Assembly: GCA_964016885.1 (NCBI GenBank)
Contig: OZ024740.1
Location: 310,372,001-310,436,000 of the forward strand
DNA from: Eledone cirrhosa
Lineage: Eukaryota
DNA length: 64,000 bases
Reading direction: 5' to 3'
Position numbers and translations under genes: made by a program. Under the pieces are notes generated by a model, which was not told the origin of the DNA, did no database searches, and was given only the letters and a program-made list of their open reading frames with translations. This document shows positions 13,330 to 25,290 of the stretch, piece by piece. Every line of letters begins with the position of its first letter. Position 1 is the first letter of the stretch.

Positions 13330-15390
13330 TTTCTTTATTAGCCACAGGGGCTCAAAAGAAGCGGACAAATACAAAGGGGGAAGTTTACATACAATAAAAA
13401 CGTGTAAAATACTATCACAATACAATTTAAAAGTTAATCGATTTTCCCCAATAGTTGGAGACATTACATATGGGTAACACATACCCCCGAAAAAATGTGC
13501 AACCCTCATCTCCAGGAGTACGAAGAGTTGTACCCCTCTCCTCCTCTTTTTCCTCAATCTACAATGGTGATATTGAGAGAAGGCCCATTCACTCGGGCCA
13601 TTCTCGCCACTTTCACCCACCTTTCATAAAACTTGATTCTTCTTCTAAAGTGGTATTTGAAAAAAAGAATCAGTTGTTGGCCGGAGAGAAAGGTGTCTGA
13701 CATCAGCCCTTTCAACCTTGTCCACCATACAACCTCTTTCGCCATAGCTATCACACAAAGGAAAACCGCCTCTCCTTCGTTTTTGAAGGAGGGTGGAGTT
13801 TTGATCATGACAATGGACACGGTGGTCAACCGGATTGGTCCCACCCGCGACAATAGTCGTTCTACATAGCCCCACAGGTCGGTAACGCCCGGGCAGTGTA
13901 TGCGTGCGCGACGGTTTCTTCGTCTCGAACGCACCGCGGACAGATCTTTTTCGAAGGGTCCCTGCCCGGGAGCCCATGTCTGTAGAGCTTGTCTCGAACT
14001 GGTAGAGCTCCTCGGTAGGACTGCCAGGCCAGGGACTTTTGGAAGTTGTCCATCGGTCTCGGGCGGAAAGTCCTACCAAACAGACTGGCCAGTTCGTCTT
14101 CCTCTACGCCTAGAGTTTCACCGAGCGCATCGTCGCACTTGCTGTGGATCAATCCTCTATAGAATGACGAAGTGGAGTTTCCACTGATCGCCGGGTTCGC
14201 CTGCCAGAGGGTTGTGAGCGCCTGAGCACATTCGATGTGCCAGTCGCACATTTTCCTCGGTCTTTGCTTGACCCAGGACTGCAGCTCGGTCAGCGAGACA
14301 AGTCGTGGGAAGGCTCGCTTCACGAACGGGGCCCACACCGGTTGTCCGGTGGGGAATACGTAGAGATACCGCAGCCTGAGCGCGTAATTGCTCATCGTCA
14401 GCCACGGCATCCCCAACCCTCCGTTGGAAGGGTGTTGGCAGCAGATGGATCTTCTCACCAAAGGAGCCCGTTTCTTCCAAAGGATTTGGAAGAGCGTGCG
14501 CTCCATTTTGGTGAGCGTTTTCGCTGGACAAGTCACGACGGTCAAGCGGTAATAGATGGCGGACGCTATAAAAGTGTTCGCCACCTCCGCTCGACCTTTC
14601 AAGGATAGTTTTCACTCGGTCCACTTCTGGGTGAGTGCAAACACCTTCGCTGTCACCTCGTTCCAGTTCTTCTCCGCCTGGAGCTCAGGACCAAACCAGA
14701 CGCCGAGCAGCTTTACCGGTCCTTCCGTCCAGCGTCCGACGACGCCATCGGAAGGCATCGGTTTGCCTCTCCACGATCCGAGTTGCAAACCGATGGACTT
14801 GTCCCGGTTCAGCTTCGCTCCTGTGAACCTTTCGTATTCCACCAGTAAGGTGCCTACTTCGTCGGTTTGCGAGGCGCTCGACACCATTACTGTCACGTCG
14901 TCGCCGTAGGCAAACGCCGCTTTCCGCAGTCCCGGTTCCAGAGGGATGCCCTGCAAAAGCTCCAACTTCCGCAGTAGTGGCTCGAGAGTCAGTACGTACA
15001 GAAGGGAGGAGAGAGGGCATCCCTGTCGAATGGATCGCGTGATATGGAACGGCTCCGAGAGGTAGCCGTTCACCTTGACCCTTGAGCAGATGATGCTGTT
15101 GTGCATTGCAGCAACCCAGCCCCTGAACAGGGGTCCGAAGCCCGCCGCCTCGAGCACGGCATCCAGGTAACGATGGTCAACCCTATCGAAAGCCTTAGAC
15201 TGATCCCAGTTGATCAGGGCCCCATCGAAGCTGGGTTTACATCCTACTCTCTCTATGATGTTTCGCATGAGGTGCAGGTTGTCGTGCATGGACCTGGTCA
15301 GGATTGCGCATGTCTGCACTTCTCCCACTAGGTTCTCGTCGACAAGCGTCAGCCTCTTTGCCAATACCTTGGCCAAAATCTGTAACTCTC
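13330..15390 (-). mobile_element. 5'-truncated Tx1/L1-clade LINE (RT plus C-terminal zinc knuckle), frameshifted
   Basis: DQSKAFDRVDH, RQGCPLS, AYGDD, GGLG, CPRC..EETVAH; 3' UTR ending GGCTAATAAAGAA. Confidence 0.92.
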
Positions 15391-16026
15391 CTCTCCTTAT
15401 AAGCAGACATAGATGTGATATTATCACCAACATATAACATATTCAATCATTTCAATTAAACTTCAAGGTGACCATCGTATCATACAGTGGGTCCCGTTGA
15501 ATTTGCCTGAGAATTACATTAAGGATACACCTATGTGAGGGATGCTCCACGCTTTACGTTAATTTCATGATCAGGCTCTTTCATTGACAGTACATTTGGA
15601 ACACTCATCGTCGAAACCGACGGAATTCCATTCCACTGCATATCACTGACATCTTAGGTTTAGCTGAAACGGAGGCATGGTGGATCTATTTAGATATTCC
15701 CTATTATGAGTTCAAATTCGACAGTAGTTGGCTTTTCATTTCCATTCATAATCAGTTAGCATTAGTTCGCCAACTCAAACTGGATGACAGTACACACATT
15801 CAATAGAAATAATATATTTTTGATAAACCTGGTAGGCTTCGATCTCAACACTTAATTTATACAATATATTTAGTCAATATGGTTGAATTTCAAAGCAATA
15901 TTCAGAAATACTAATTTCATGGTTGGTGATTAAATTAAAATTGAATGTTAAAGAATTATTGCATTGAAATATCTAACCATAATTATCAAATTAATGAAAT
16001 TAATAACAAATCAATGCACGATTCAG

Positions 16027-16143
<117 letters not shown>

Positions 16144-16334
16144 GTGTGTGTATATATATATTTGTGTGTGTATTGCAATAAACTTACGATACCGTATACA
16201 ATTCAATAATAGTGAATAGTTATCAACTTCAAATTTTTACCATCATTTTCATCTGAAAACAAAATACACAAAGAGGAAACCTCATCATTCTGTTTTGCAT
16301 TAGTAAAGATTCTTCATCATTAAATGGATTGTAG

Positions 16335-16523
16335 AGGGCGGTGAATTGGCAGTATCGGTAGAGGGTTGGACGCCATGCTTTGACGCATAGAGTTACGGCC
16401 CTTGCCATTCTGAGTTCAAATCCCGCCGAGGTTAACTTTGCCTTTCATCCTTACGGGGTCGATAAAATAAAGTACCAGTAATACACTGGGATAATTGATG
16501 GCCTTGTGCCAAAAGTAGAAACA
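16335..16523 (+). mobile_element. Full-length tRNA-derived SINE inserted at the head of another copy
   Basis: A-box-like TGGCAGTATCGG and B box GAGTTCAAATCC; TSD ATTAAATGGATTGTAG at 16319-16334 and 16524-16539. Confidence 0.88.
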
Positions 16524-16529
16524 ATTAAA

Positions 16530-16800
16530 TGGATTGTAGTATCGGTAGATTGTCGGATGCCATGCTTACAGCATAGAATTACGGCCCTCTATGGTCTGAG
16601 TTCGAAACCGCCGAGGTTAACTTTGCCTTTCATCCTTACTGGGCCGATAAGATAAAGTACCAGTAATGCACTAGAATAATAATTGCTGACCTTGTGCCAA
16701 AAGTAGAAACAATTATTAGAGACTATAAAATAAAGCACCCGAAATGCACTGGGGTAATTGCCTGCCTTTGCCAAAAATAAAACAATTATTAGAGACTATG
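16530..16800 (+). mobile_element. Second SINE copy plus a 3' SINE fragment
   Basis: Same core; duplicated ATTATTAGAGACTAT flanks the fragment at about 16743-16785. Confidence 0.8.
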
Positions 16801-17684
16801 ACTTTCTATTCATCTGTTGAATTATGGTGCTTAAACAATTCTTTTATTATAAATTGGGATATAATGATTCCTAGTATAAGCACAAGGCGAGTAATTTGGT
16901 GGGAGGGGAAAGTCAATTAAATCGACGCCTGTACGTTACTGGTGCTTTATTTTATCGACCCTGTATTGGGATATAATAATAGTTTGTAGCAGGGTGATAT
17001 CGTCAGAAAATTGGAGGAAGATGTTAATCAATGAAATTGCTACCATGGTGACATATTTTACGAGAAAGGAAGAAAGGAAGAGAGGGGGAAAGAGAAATAG
17101 GAAAAGCTGACCTCAGTTGGATCTGTTCTCAGTGTCTACATATCTGTAAATAAACACCTGAAAACCTTTTCCTCGATGCTTTAAAAGATATCTTTAGTCG
17201 AAGCCATAGAAAGACATTATAGAATATAATAATATTTAAGATAAGTGCAAAGCTATATGTTATGGAAGGCGTGTATTCAATGTCTTTTTGAGTGGTGTTT
17301 ATTTTATTGAATCCGCACGTCGACCCGAGAAGGAACTTATCTCAAAACAAAAACACCTCTATTAGATGTAAAGGAGCCTTGAGTCATGTTCCGCATATCC
17401 CCAAGCTCGTAGTTGACAGCTTTGGCTGTGGCATTAACCGAGAGAAAATAGGATCACATGCATTTTAGAGGGCGAAGGTTTTCTGTTCAGTACTCAAGCA
17501 GAACCTATAAGTCGAGGGACATTCTAAGGTGCCAGTAGGAATTGCGTATTGAACTTAGCCGACGGGGTAGCAGGAGTGGTTTGAAGGTGGCTCTGAATCA
17601 GAAGAGGCGAGCTATGGAATGTTTAGCGCTATCTTGACACAAGAGGGAACTGGATGAATTCAAGCTGAATGTGTATGTGTTTTT

Positions 17685-18400
17685 TATTTATTTATTTATG
17701 TGTTTATTTACTTATCATTAGTTGGTTGTTTGTTCTATCTGTGTGTGACTGATTTGTTTCGTTAGTTTGCTTTTTGTGTGTCTGTACGTCTTCATTTTGT
17801 CCTTAATTACTAGTTGTGATGTTGCTATTCCACTCATGTTTTTTTGTTTAATTTTGATTGGAGTTCGTTTATATTTGTTGCCTCTAAGATTTGTCTGAGC
17901 ATTGCATCTTTTCTGTGTGTGGATGAAATTTTTATCTCTACGTTCTCTAATTTTCCCCTATGTTCTACTGCGGCATGTTGGTGGAGTACTGGTGGGTTTT
18001 TCCCATCCATGAAAACAGACGCACACAAAAAACAAACTAACAAAACAAATCAGTCGCTCATAGATAGAACAAACAACTAGCTACTGACAAGTAAATAAAT
18101 ACATAAATAAATAAACAAAAGCACACACACACACCTGCATGTAACGCATGCGCAAACTAAGCATACAACACACAAACAAAATATGGTGTAGGACAGAACA
18201 AAGTAGAGACACAGAATAAAAAATCCAGTCACTGAGGAGGTCACAGAATGTGTGACGAAAGAGCTTTGGCAGTATATAAACCACCAAATGGTTGTCGAGC
18301 CAACCAGCCAACTAACCAGAAATTTATAAGAAATTGAAGTGAAAACCAACAGATGCGTATTTTTATTAGCACACGTTTTCAGACAAGAAATGTTACAAAA
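17685..18400. mobile_element. Penelope-like element 3' fragment with inverted pseudo-LTR
   Basis: Minus ORF ...H...H...RQILEATNI...LNKK(HEWNS) resembles a PLE GIY-YIG C-terminus; inverted arms at about 17685-17785 and 18014-18115; HHR downstream. Confidence 0.65.
18228..18270 (+). ncRNA. Minimal hammerhead (family I)
   Basis: GTCA-CTGAGGA-g-GTCACA gaatg TGTGAC-GAAA-GAGC-TT-TGGC. Confidence 0.7.
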
Positions 18401-18980
18401 CAAATTCAAAAATGTAGTATATATATATATTGTTTTATGTATATACATGCAGGTATACACATATACACACACATACATGCAGACATATCTATGAACCTAT
18501 ATACATGAATACATACATACATATATACATACATACATACATAGCCAAGCAATCATAAAATGTCTAATATAATTGTGCATCCATCAGAAACACTATGTAC
18601 ATCGGAGACTGGGTATTGACAGCAAATATCTTATTTCTATGTAATTAGACTCATTGTTGGTGTGTTCCTCTGTTTTAGCTAATTAATCGCTCTAAACGAG
18701 GAAATTCACTAATTCGATTTACATGACAGAAACATACTAATTACCACAGCAGAATAATTGTTTTCCTGCATAGTATAAGGACTGATTTCCGTAGGTCATT
18801 ATTGAAATGCTACCGAGAACACTCTAGCACCATGTGCTATCACTCATAATTTTTATTTGACATTTCCGGGTGTTTCGTAGCATGTCATATATTGAGTTTG
18901 TTTTTCAATGTTATAACACACACGCGCTCGGACGCACGCACACACACACACACACAGACACACACCCTCACACATACACA

Positions 18981-19018
<38 letters not shown>

Positions 19019-19020
<2 letters not shown>

Positions 19021-19687
19021 ATCTGAGTTTTTCGAATATTAATAATAACATTCGATTCGTTTGCAATTATGCAAACAACCCTCAATGTTAAAGCCATGTC
19101 AGTAGAATGAAGGGATTCATTCTACTGACATGGCTTTAACATTGAGGCGTATTTGCAAAATTGCAAATGAATCGAATGTTTTTATTAATATTCGAAAATC
19201 TCAGATTACATTTATTGTATTCAGGCATGTAGAGCGAAATTTTCTTTTTGTATTTGAATTTGGCAAAGCCGGCCATTTATCGCTCGTATACAGGAAACTG
19301 ACTGGCCAGTCTGCTGATATGCAAATCTGGCTGACCAGTGGATCTGTTAATATGCAGATCTGACTGATCAGCCAGTCTGCTAATATGCAAATTAGGTCGA
19401 TCAGTCACTGTATATTTTAGAAAATATCATATATTTTCACTAGCTCTGACAGTTGGCAGGTGAACAGTGAACTGTACTGATGAAGGGTGATACCCAGAAA
19501 CATTAGTGTCTGCAGTTCTGTTTACATGCCAACACAAGAGCAAGAATGAAGGGTTAATTTTATTGACATGGCTTTAAAATTGAGGCTTGTTTGTATAATT
19601 GCAAATGAATCGAATGTTATTATTAATATTCGAAAAACTCAGATTACATTTATTGTATTCAACCATGTAGAGCGAAATTTTTCTTTC

Positions 19688-19690
<3 letters not shown>
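19019..19690 (+). repeat. Inverted plus direct (about 438-bp period) repeat element, family J, between (TA)n tracts
   Basis: Palindrome centred at about 19113; 19105-19247 repeated at 19545-19688. Confidence 0.85.
19469..19518 (+). ncRNA. Type I hammerhead ribozyme (family J)
   Basis: GAACTGTA-CTGATGA-aGGGT gat ACCCa-GAAA-CATTAGTG-TC-TGCAGTTC; GUC triplet, 8-bp stem I. Confidence 0.85.
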
Positions 19691-19728
<38 letters not shown>

Positions 19729-19810
19729 TTCAGACAGAGAGGCAGGCAAACAGACATGTATAGAAACAGACAGATAGATAGATAGATAGATAGATAGATA
19801 AATAGATAAA

Positions 19811-22787
19811 TTTCTTTATTAGCCACAAGCGCACAAAAGAAGGGTACAAATACAAAGGGGGAGTTTACATACAGGTATATGAAAATAGAACTATTAATAA
19901 AATAACAAATAACAATTGAAATCCCCAATAGGGGGAGGGAGCGTTACACAGGGGTTGTACACACCCCGAAAAAATGTACAACCCTCATCTCCAGGAGCAC
20001 AAAGAGTGAGTACTCCCTTCCTCTCTTCTTCTTTTTCCTCAACCTACAGGCTTATAGAGAGAGAGGGCCTAATCACTCGGGCCATCTTTACCACATTCAC
20101 CCACCTTTTATAAAATTTGCTAGGGTACAGCACCTCTCTCTCCATCCTGATTCTTCTTCCAAAATGACAAAATGATATTTGAAAAAACGGATCAGTTGTT
20201 GGCCAGAGAGAAAGGTGTCTGACCTCAGCCCTTTTCACCTCGTCCACCATATAACTTCTTTCACCATAGCCATAACACATAGAAAACCGCCTCTCCCTCG
20301 TTTTTGAAGGAGGGTGGCGGTTTGATCATGAAAATGGACTCGGTGGTCAACTGGATTGGTCCCACCCGCGACAATAGTCATTCTACATAACCCCACAGGT
20401 TGGTAACGCCCGGGCAGTGTACACATGCGTACGCGACGGTTTCCTCGTCGCACACGCATCTCGGACAGATCACTTTTGAAGGGTCCCTGCACGGCACCCG
20501 TGTCTGTAGAGCTTGTCTCGAACTTGTAGAGCTCCTCGGTAGCACTGCCAGGCCAAGGACTTTTGGAAGTTGTCCATTGGTCCCGGGCGGAAGGTCCTAC
20601 CGAACAGACTGGCCAGTTCGTCCTCCTTTACGTCTAGAGTTTGTCCGAGCGCGTCGTCGCACTTGCTGCGGACCAACCCTCTATAGAATGTCGAAGTGGA
20701 GTCTCCACTGATCGCCGGGTCCGTTTGCCAGAGGGCTGTGAGCGCCTGAGCACATTCGATGTGCCAGTCACCCATTTTCCTCGGTCTTTGCTTGACCCAG
20801 GACTACAGCTCGGTCAGCGAGACAAGTCGTGGGAAGGCTCGCCTCACGAATGGGGCCTACACCGGTTGTCCGGTGAAGAATGCGTGGAGGTGTCCCAGCC
20901 TGAGCACGTGTTTGCGCATCGTCAGCCACGTTGGAAGGGTGTTGGCAGCAGATGGATCTTCTCACCAAAGGAGCCCATTTCTTCCAAAGGAATTGGAAGA
21001 GCGCGCGCTCCATTTTGGTGAGCGTTTTGGCTGGGAAAGGCACGACGGTCAAGCGGTAGTAGATGACGGACGCTATAAAAGTGTTCGCCACCTCCGCTCG
21101 ACATTTCAAGGATAGTTTGCACTCGGCCCACTTCTGGGTGAGCGCAAACACCTTCGCTGTCACCTCGTTCCAGTTCTTCTCCACCTGGAGGACCGGACCA
21201 AACCAGACCCCGAGCAGCTTTACCGGTCCTTCCGTCCAGCGTCCGACGACGCCATCGGAAGGCATCGGTTTGCCTCTGCACGTTCCGAGTTGCAAACCGA
21301 CGGATTTGTCGCGGTTCAACTTCGCTCCTGTGAACATTTCCTATTCCACCAGTAAGGTGCCGACCTCCCCAATTTGCGAGGTGCTCGATACCATTACTGT
21401 CACGTAGTAGGCGTAGGCCGACGCCGCTTTCGCAGTCCCGGTTCCAAAGGGATGCCCTGCAATAGCTCCAACTTCCGCAGTAGTGGCTCGAGAGTCAGTA
21501 CGTACAGAAGGGAGGAGAGAGGGCATCCCTGTCGGATGGATCGCGTGATATGGAACGGCTTCGAGAGGTAGCCGTCCACATAGACCCTTGAACAGATGTT
21601 GCTGCTGTGCATTCCAGCAATCCAGCTCCTGAACGCGAGTCCGAAGGTTGCCGGCTCGAGCACCGCATCCAGGTATCGATGGTCAACCCTATCGAAAGCC
21701 TTAGACTTATCCAATTTGATAAGGGCCCCACCGAAGCCGGGTTTACATCCTACCCTCTCTATGATGTATCGCATGAGGTGGAGGTTGTCGTGTATGGACT
21801 TGGTCGGGATTGCGCATGTCTGCTCTTCTCCCACCAGGTTCTCGACGTCAAGAGCCAGCCTCTTTACCAACACATTGGGCAAAGTCTGTAACTCTATGTT
21901 GAGCAGAGTTTTGGGCCGGAAGTTTCCTGTCATCCCCCTTATTCTCGTCCTTCCTGACTAACGTGATTGCGCCCTTGGTTTCCAGAACTGGGAATTCTCC
22001 CGTTCTATTGCCAGTTGCAGTAGACCGATTCCAGGAGATATGAGAACAAGTTCAGCATGACTACGTAAAATTCGTAGGATAGACCGTCGAGACCTGGAGA
22101 TTTGTGTTTGCCGCATTGGCTCAACGCGTCCCCTAACTCAGCGGCCGAAATCGGCCTTTCGCAGAACTTCGCCTCGCTGTCCAAGAGTCGCGGTAGGCCG
22201 TCGAGGTATGAACCGAAATCCATAGCCTCTCCCGGCACGCCGCCCTGCCCGAACAGTTGAGCAAAGTGCCGCTGAAAGGGCGCGCACATTTGCTTCGGCT
22301 CACGTATAACGCGTCCATCTTGGTCCTTTAAAGACCGAATCATGAACTTGTTGCCACTTTTCGCCTCTGTCACCCGGGCCTAGCTAACTGCTTTGGCTCC
22401 CTCGTTTCCCAGAGCGCGTATTTTGCTTCTGACAACGCAGCCTTCATGCTTTGCGTCGAGAGAACTGGTCTAAGGCCGTTCTCGTTGCTAGCAGACTGGC
22501 TACGTTGCAACTCCTAAGTGCCTCTTCTACTTTATCTACCAGTTCCTTTTCGGTTTTATTTCTATCTAACATTAATTATTTACTAAAACCTATACGAGTC
22601 TAATCTAACTGCCCTCTTGAGAGAGTACCACCATATGTTGTTGACCATGGCCCCGTCAAAAGCTGCTTAACTAAAGTGCTAATCCGTCTACTGTATGCTT
22701 TGCATGTCGGCAACGACAAGTTCAGCTTCCAGTAGCTGGGTCCCTGTCTATGGGTTTTTTCAAGGTTGACTAATTTGTGATCTGAAT
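19811..22787 (-). mobile_element. Tx1/L1-clade LINE, same family as 13330-15390, 5'-truncated at the end of the APE domain
   Basis: SDH..GPSYWKLN, KSPGLDG..EFY, NFRP..LLN, DKSKAFDRVDH, RQGCPLS; several frameshifts; (GATA)n on both sides. Confidence 0.92.
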
Positions 22788-22805
22788 AGATAGATAGATA
22801 GATAT

Positions 22806-22885
<80 letters not shown>

Positions 22886-22899
22886 CGAACTATTGGTAC

Positions 22900-23240
22900 A
22901 ATTTGAAATTTGAAATGTGAACGTCCCGACGTGAACGATGATGGTAATTGTCGATCACGATAAATAATAATTGGATAGATTACACTTTGATGTGGGGAAA
23001 ATAGATAGGGCCGCCTGTAAAGATTCACTCGTGTGTATCTGCTAAGTATTTAAATCGTCCACAGATATACAGGGTACGGATATTCCATGACCCAAATATA
23101 ATACTTTCATTGAGGAGGCTAGTGGCTGTTGATGTGGGCGTGATTGTCCTTGTTGATGTAGCCGCGATTCTGCTTCTTGTTTTCGTTGTCTCATGTCAAC
23201 ATAGGTCACCTGTTCAATGGAAAATGGCAGTGCGGGCAAT
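22900..23240 (-). mobile_element. 5' fragment of an RTE-like LINE
   Basis: Minus strand reads IIFGSWNIRTLY, an APE N-terminal motif; otherwise decayed. Confidence 0.45.
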
Positions 23241-24384
23241 CATTTCTTTTCCAGCCATGTTAGTTTTATAATGTGTGCCTAACATTTCTGAAGGCTCTCT
23301 AATTACTTTAGAGAGGTGCCCATCTCCTCTCCTGTAAGTCGTTCCCGATTTGTCATTAATAAATATGGTGGACCCGAAAATCAAGGTGTTCTCTCTCTCT
23401 GAACGTACCTTATGCCTAGAGCAATGAGGCTAAAATATAAATAACCCTATTATAAAAAATATTCGAAACTATTTTTATTGATTATTTCTAAGTGGTTATT
23501 TTATTGTCATATAATAAGTACCATATCAAATTAGATTGCTACTGTATGACATTTCTATTAATATCTTATTCTTGACACGTTTTCAAATTTAAACTCTATT
23601 AACATAAGATGTCTTCAATTTATCCATAACAATTTAGAATGCTAATATTTGAGGTTTCTGAAATTGATATATTATCATGAATATACATTTATATATTATT
23701 GAAATATTAATCTGGTGGAAGAGAAACAAAAATATAAATTATGTTGCTTATTTCTCAAAATAGATATGAAGGAAATTGAACAGAGATACAAAGGTAATTG
23801 CGTAAATTTCTAAATATTGAGTAGGAATATTAATTGTTTGAATGATATTATAAGACATAAAGCAATAATATTTGAAAAACAATCCATTCTTGATTAGAAG
23901 TAAACCTTACATTTAATGACGCATCACATTCAAATAAGTGTTTGCTTGCAAGGTGTAGTGATATTAAATACATTTTGTCATGTTAAAATATCATGTGAGA
24001 AATATGGTACTGACCGAATCAAAGAGAGAAAGAGCAAGAGAGAGTAGTCATGTACATGTGTATATAAAGAAGATTAGAGAAAAATAACCCTCACATAAAT
24101 TTATCGTCAAAGGATTCGAGTTGTGCAGATACAATTTAAATTAATTCACCAACAATTGCATTGTTTATGTGCAACACTCTTATATTATACATCAATTTAT
24201 CTGCCCAAGCTCGTCAGAAAAAAAAAATAATCAAAACTAATGCCTCAATTTATATTGACAGAAATAGCGGACATGCCATGAAAACACATATACTGAAATG
24301 TCTATGAAAATTGAGGATTGAGATAGAATTTTATGATTGAGGAATTATTTAAACTCATTTCTTTTGATGCGAATATATATATGC

Positions 24385-24450
<66 letters not shown>

Positions 24451-24613
24451 AAGAAAGTCTGGTAAGGAACCAGGTGGACGATAACGTACCAGATTACTCG
24501 ATACTTAGGGTAGTAGAGTGGGTAATACGGTAATTGGAAAATACTCGGGGCCCAGCAGAAATTGAAAGTTTTTGATTGTTACTGGAATTCTATTTCGGCA
24601 GACAGGGAGAGTA

Positions 24614-24662
24614 GTGAGTTTTGATAAGTACCAAAAAGTATGAAACAGTGCTGTCAACTTAT
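24614..24662 (+). ncRNA. Hammerhead, U3:A8 variant (family K)
   Basis: GTGAGTT-TTGATAA-GTAC caaaaa GTAT-GAAA-CAGTGCTG-TC-AACTTAT; enclosed by an outer helix GGCAGACAGGGAGA / TCTCCCCGTGTCTGC. Confidence 0.78.
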
Positions 24663-24934
24663 CTCCCCGTGTCTGCTGAAAATTTAAGTAAGCGAAAATG
24701 TCGATATTTTAAAACAATAGCGTATGGTCTTCAAAATGCTTTTAATTAGGCATACAGTGTATTGCAAAATACACAATATATAGATTCATATATATATATA
24801 TCGCTATTTCAGAGCACCAATTCTAATTTCCAATTTCTGGTGGGCCGGCGAGCGTTCTGTAAAATCAGTTCCTGGTTGTTACTGGAATTCTATAAGAATC
24901 CAACACACATAATTTTCAGGAGACAGGGAGAGTA

Positions 24935-24981
24935 GTGAGTTTTGATAAGTACCAAAAAGTACGAAACAGAGGTGTCAACAT
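24935..24981 (+). ncRNA. Hammerhead, U3:A8 variant (family K, copy 2)
   Basis: GTT-TTGATAA-GTAC caaaaa GTAC-GAAA-CAGAGGTG-TC-AAC. Confidence 0.75.
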
Positions 24982-25142
24982 TTCTCCCCCTGTCTGCCGA
25001 AAATTTAAGTAAGCGACAATGTCGCTACTTTAAAACAATAGCGTATGGTCTTCAAAATGCTTTTAATTAAGCATACAGTGTATTGCAAAATACACTATTT
25101 ATACAATCATATATATATCGCTATTTCAGAGCACCAATTCTA

Positions 25143-25184
<42 letters not shown>

Positions 25185-25235
25185 AAATAAAATAAAATAA
25201 ATAAGTCAAATGTTTAAAATGTTGCTACGTTTATT

Positions 25236-25290
25236 ACTGCTATATATATTTCGGTGACAGCCATCTTTGGCTCTGACCTCTTCAGGCAGT
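25236..25290 (-). ncRNA. Type I hammerhead (family L)
   Basis: ACTGC-CTGAAGA-GG..AGCCA aaga TGGCT..CC-GAAA-TATATA-TA-GCAGT. Confidence 0.8.

Larger units (their letters stand above)
24580..25145 (+). repeat. About 321-bp tandem duplication, one HHR per unit (family K)
   Basis: GACAGGGAGAGTAGTGAG at 24601 and 24922; both units end GAGCACCAATTCTAATTT. Confidence 0.88.

Noticed and set aside
16335-16430. SINE heads as tRNA genes
   Set aside because: A and B boxes are present but there is no cloverleaf; they continue into the SINE body
23040-23222. Possible host exon after TTTTCCATTGAACAG on the minus strand
   Set aside because: An alternative frame gives the LINE motif GSWNIRTL; better explained as a LINE relic
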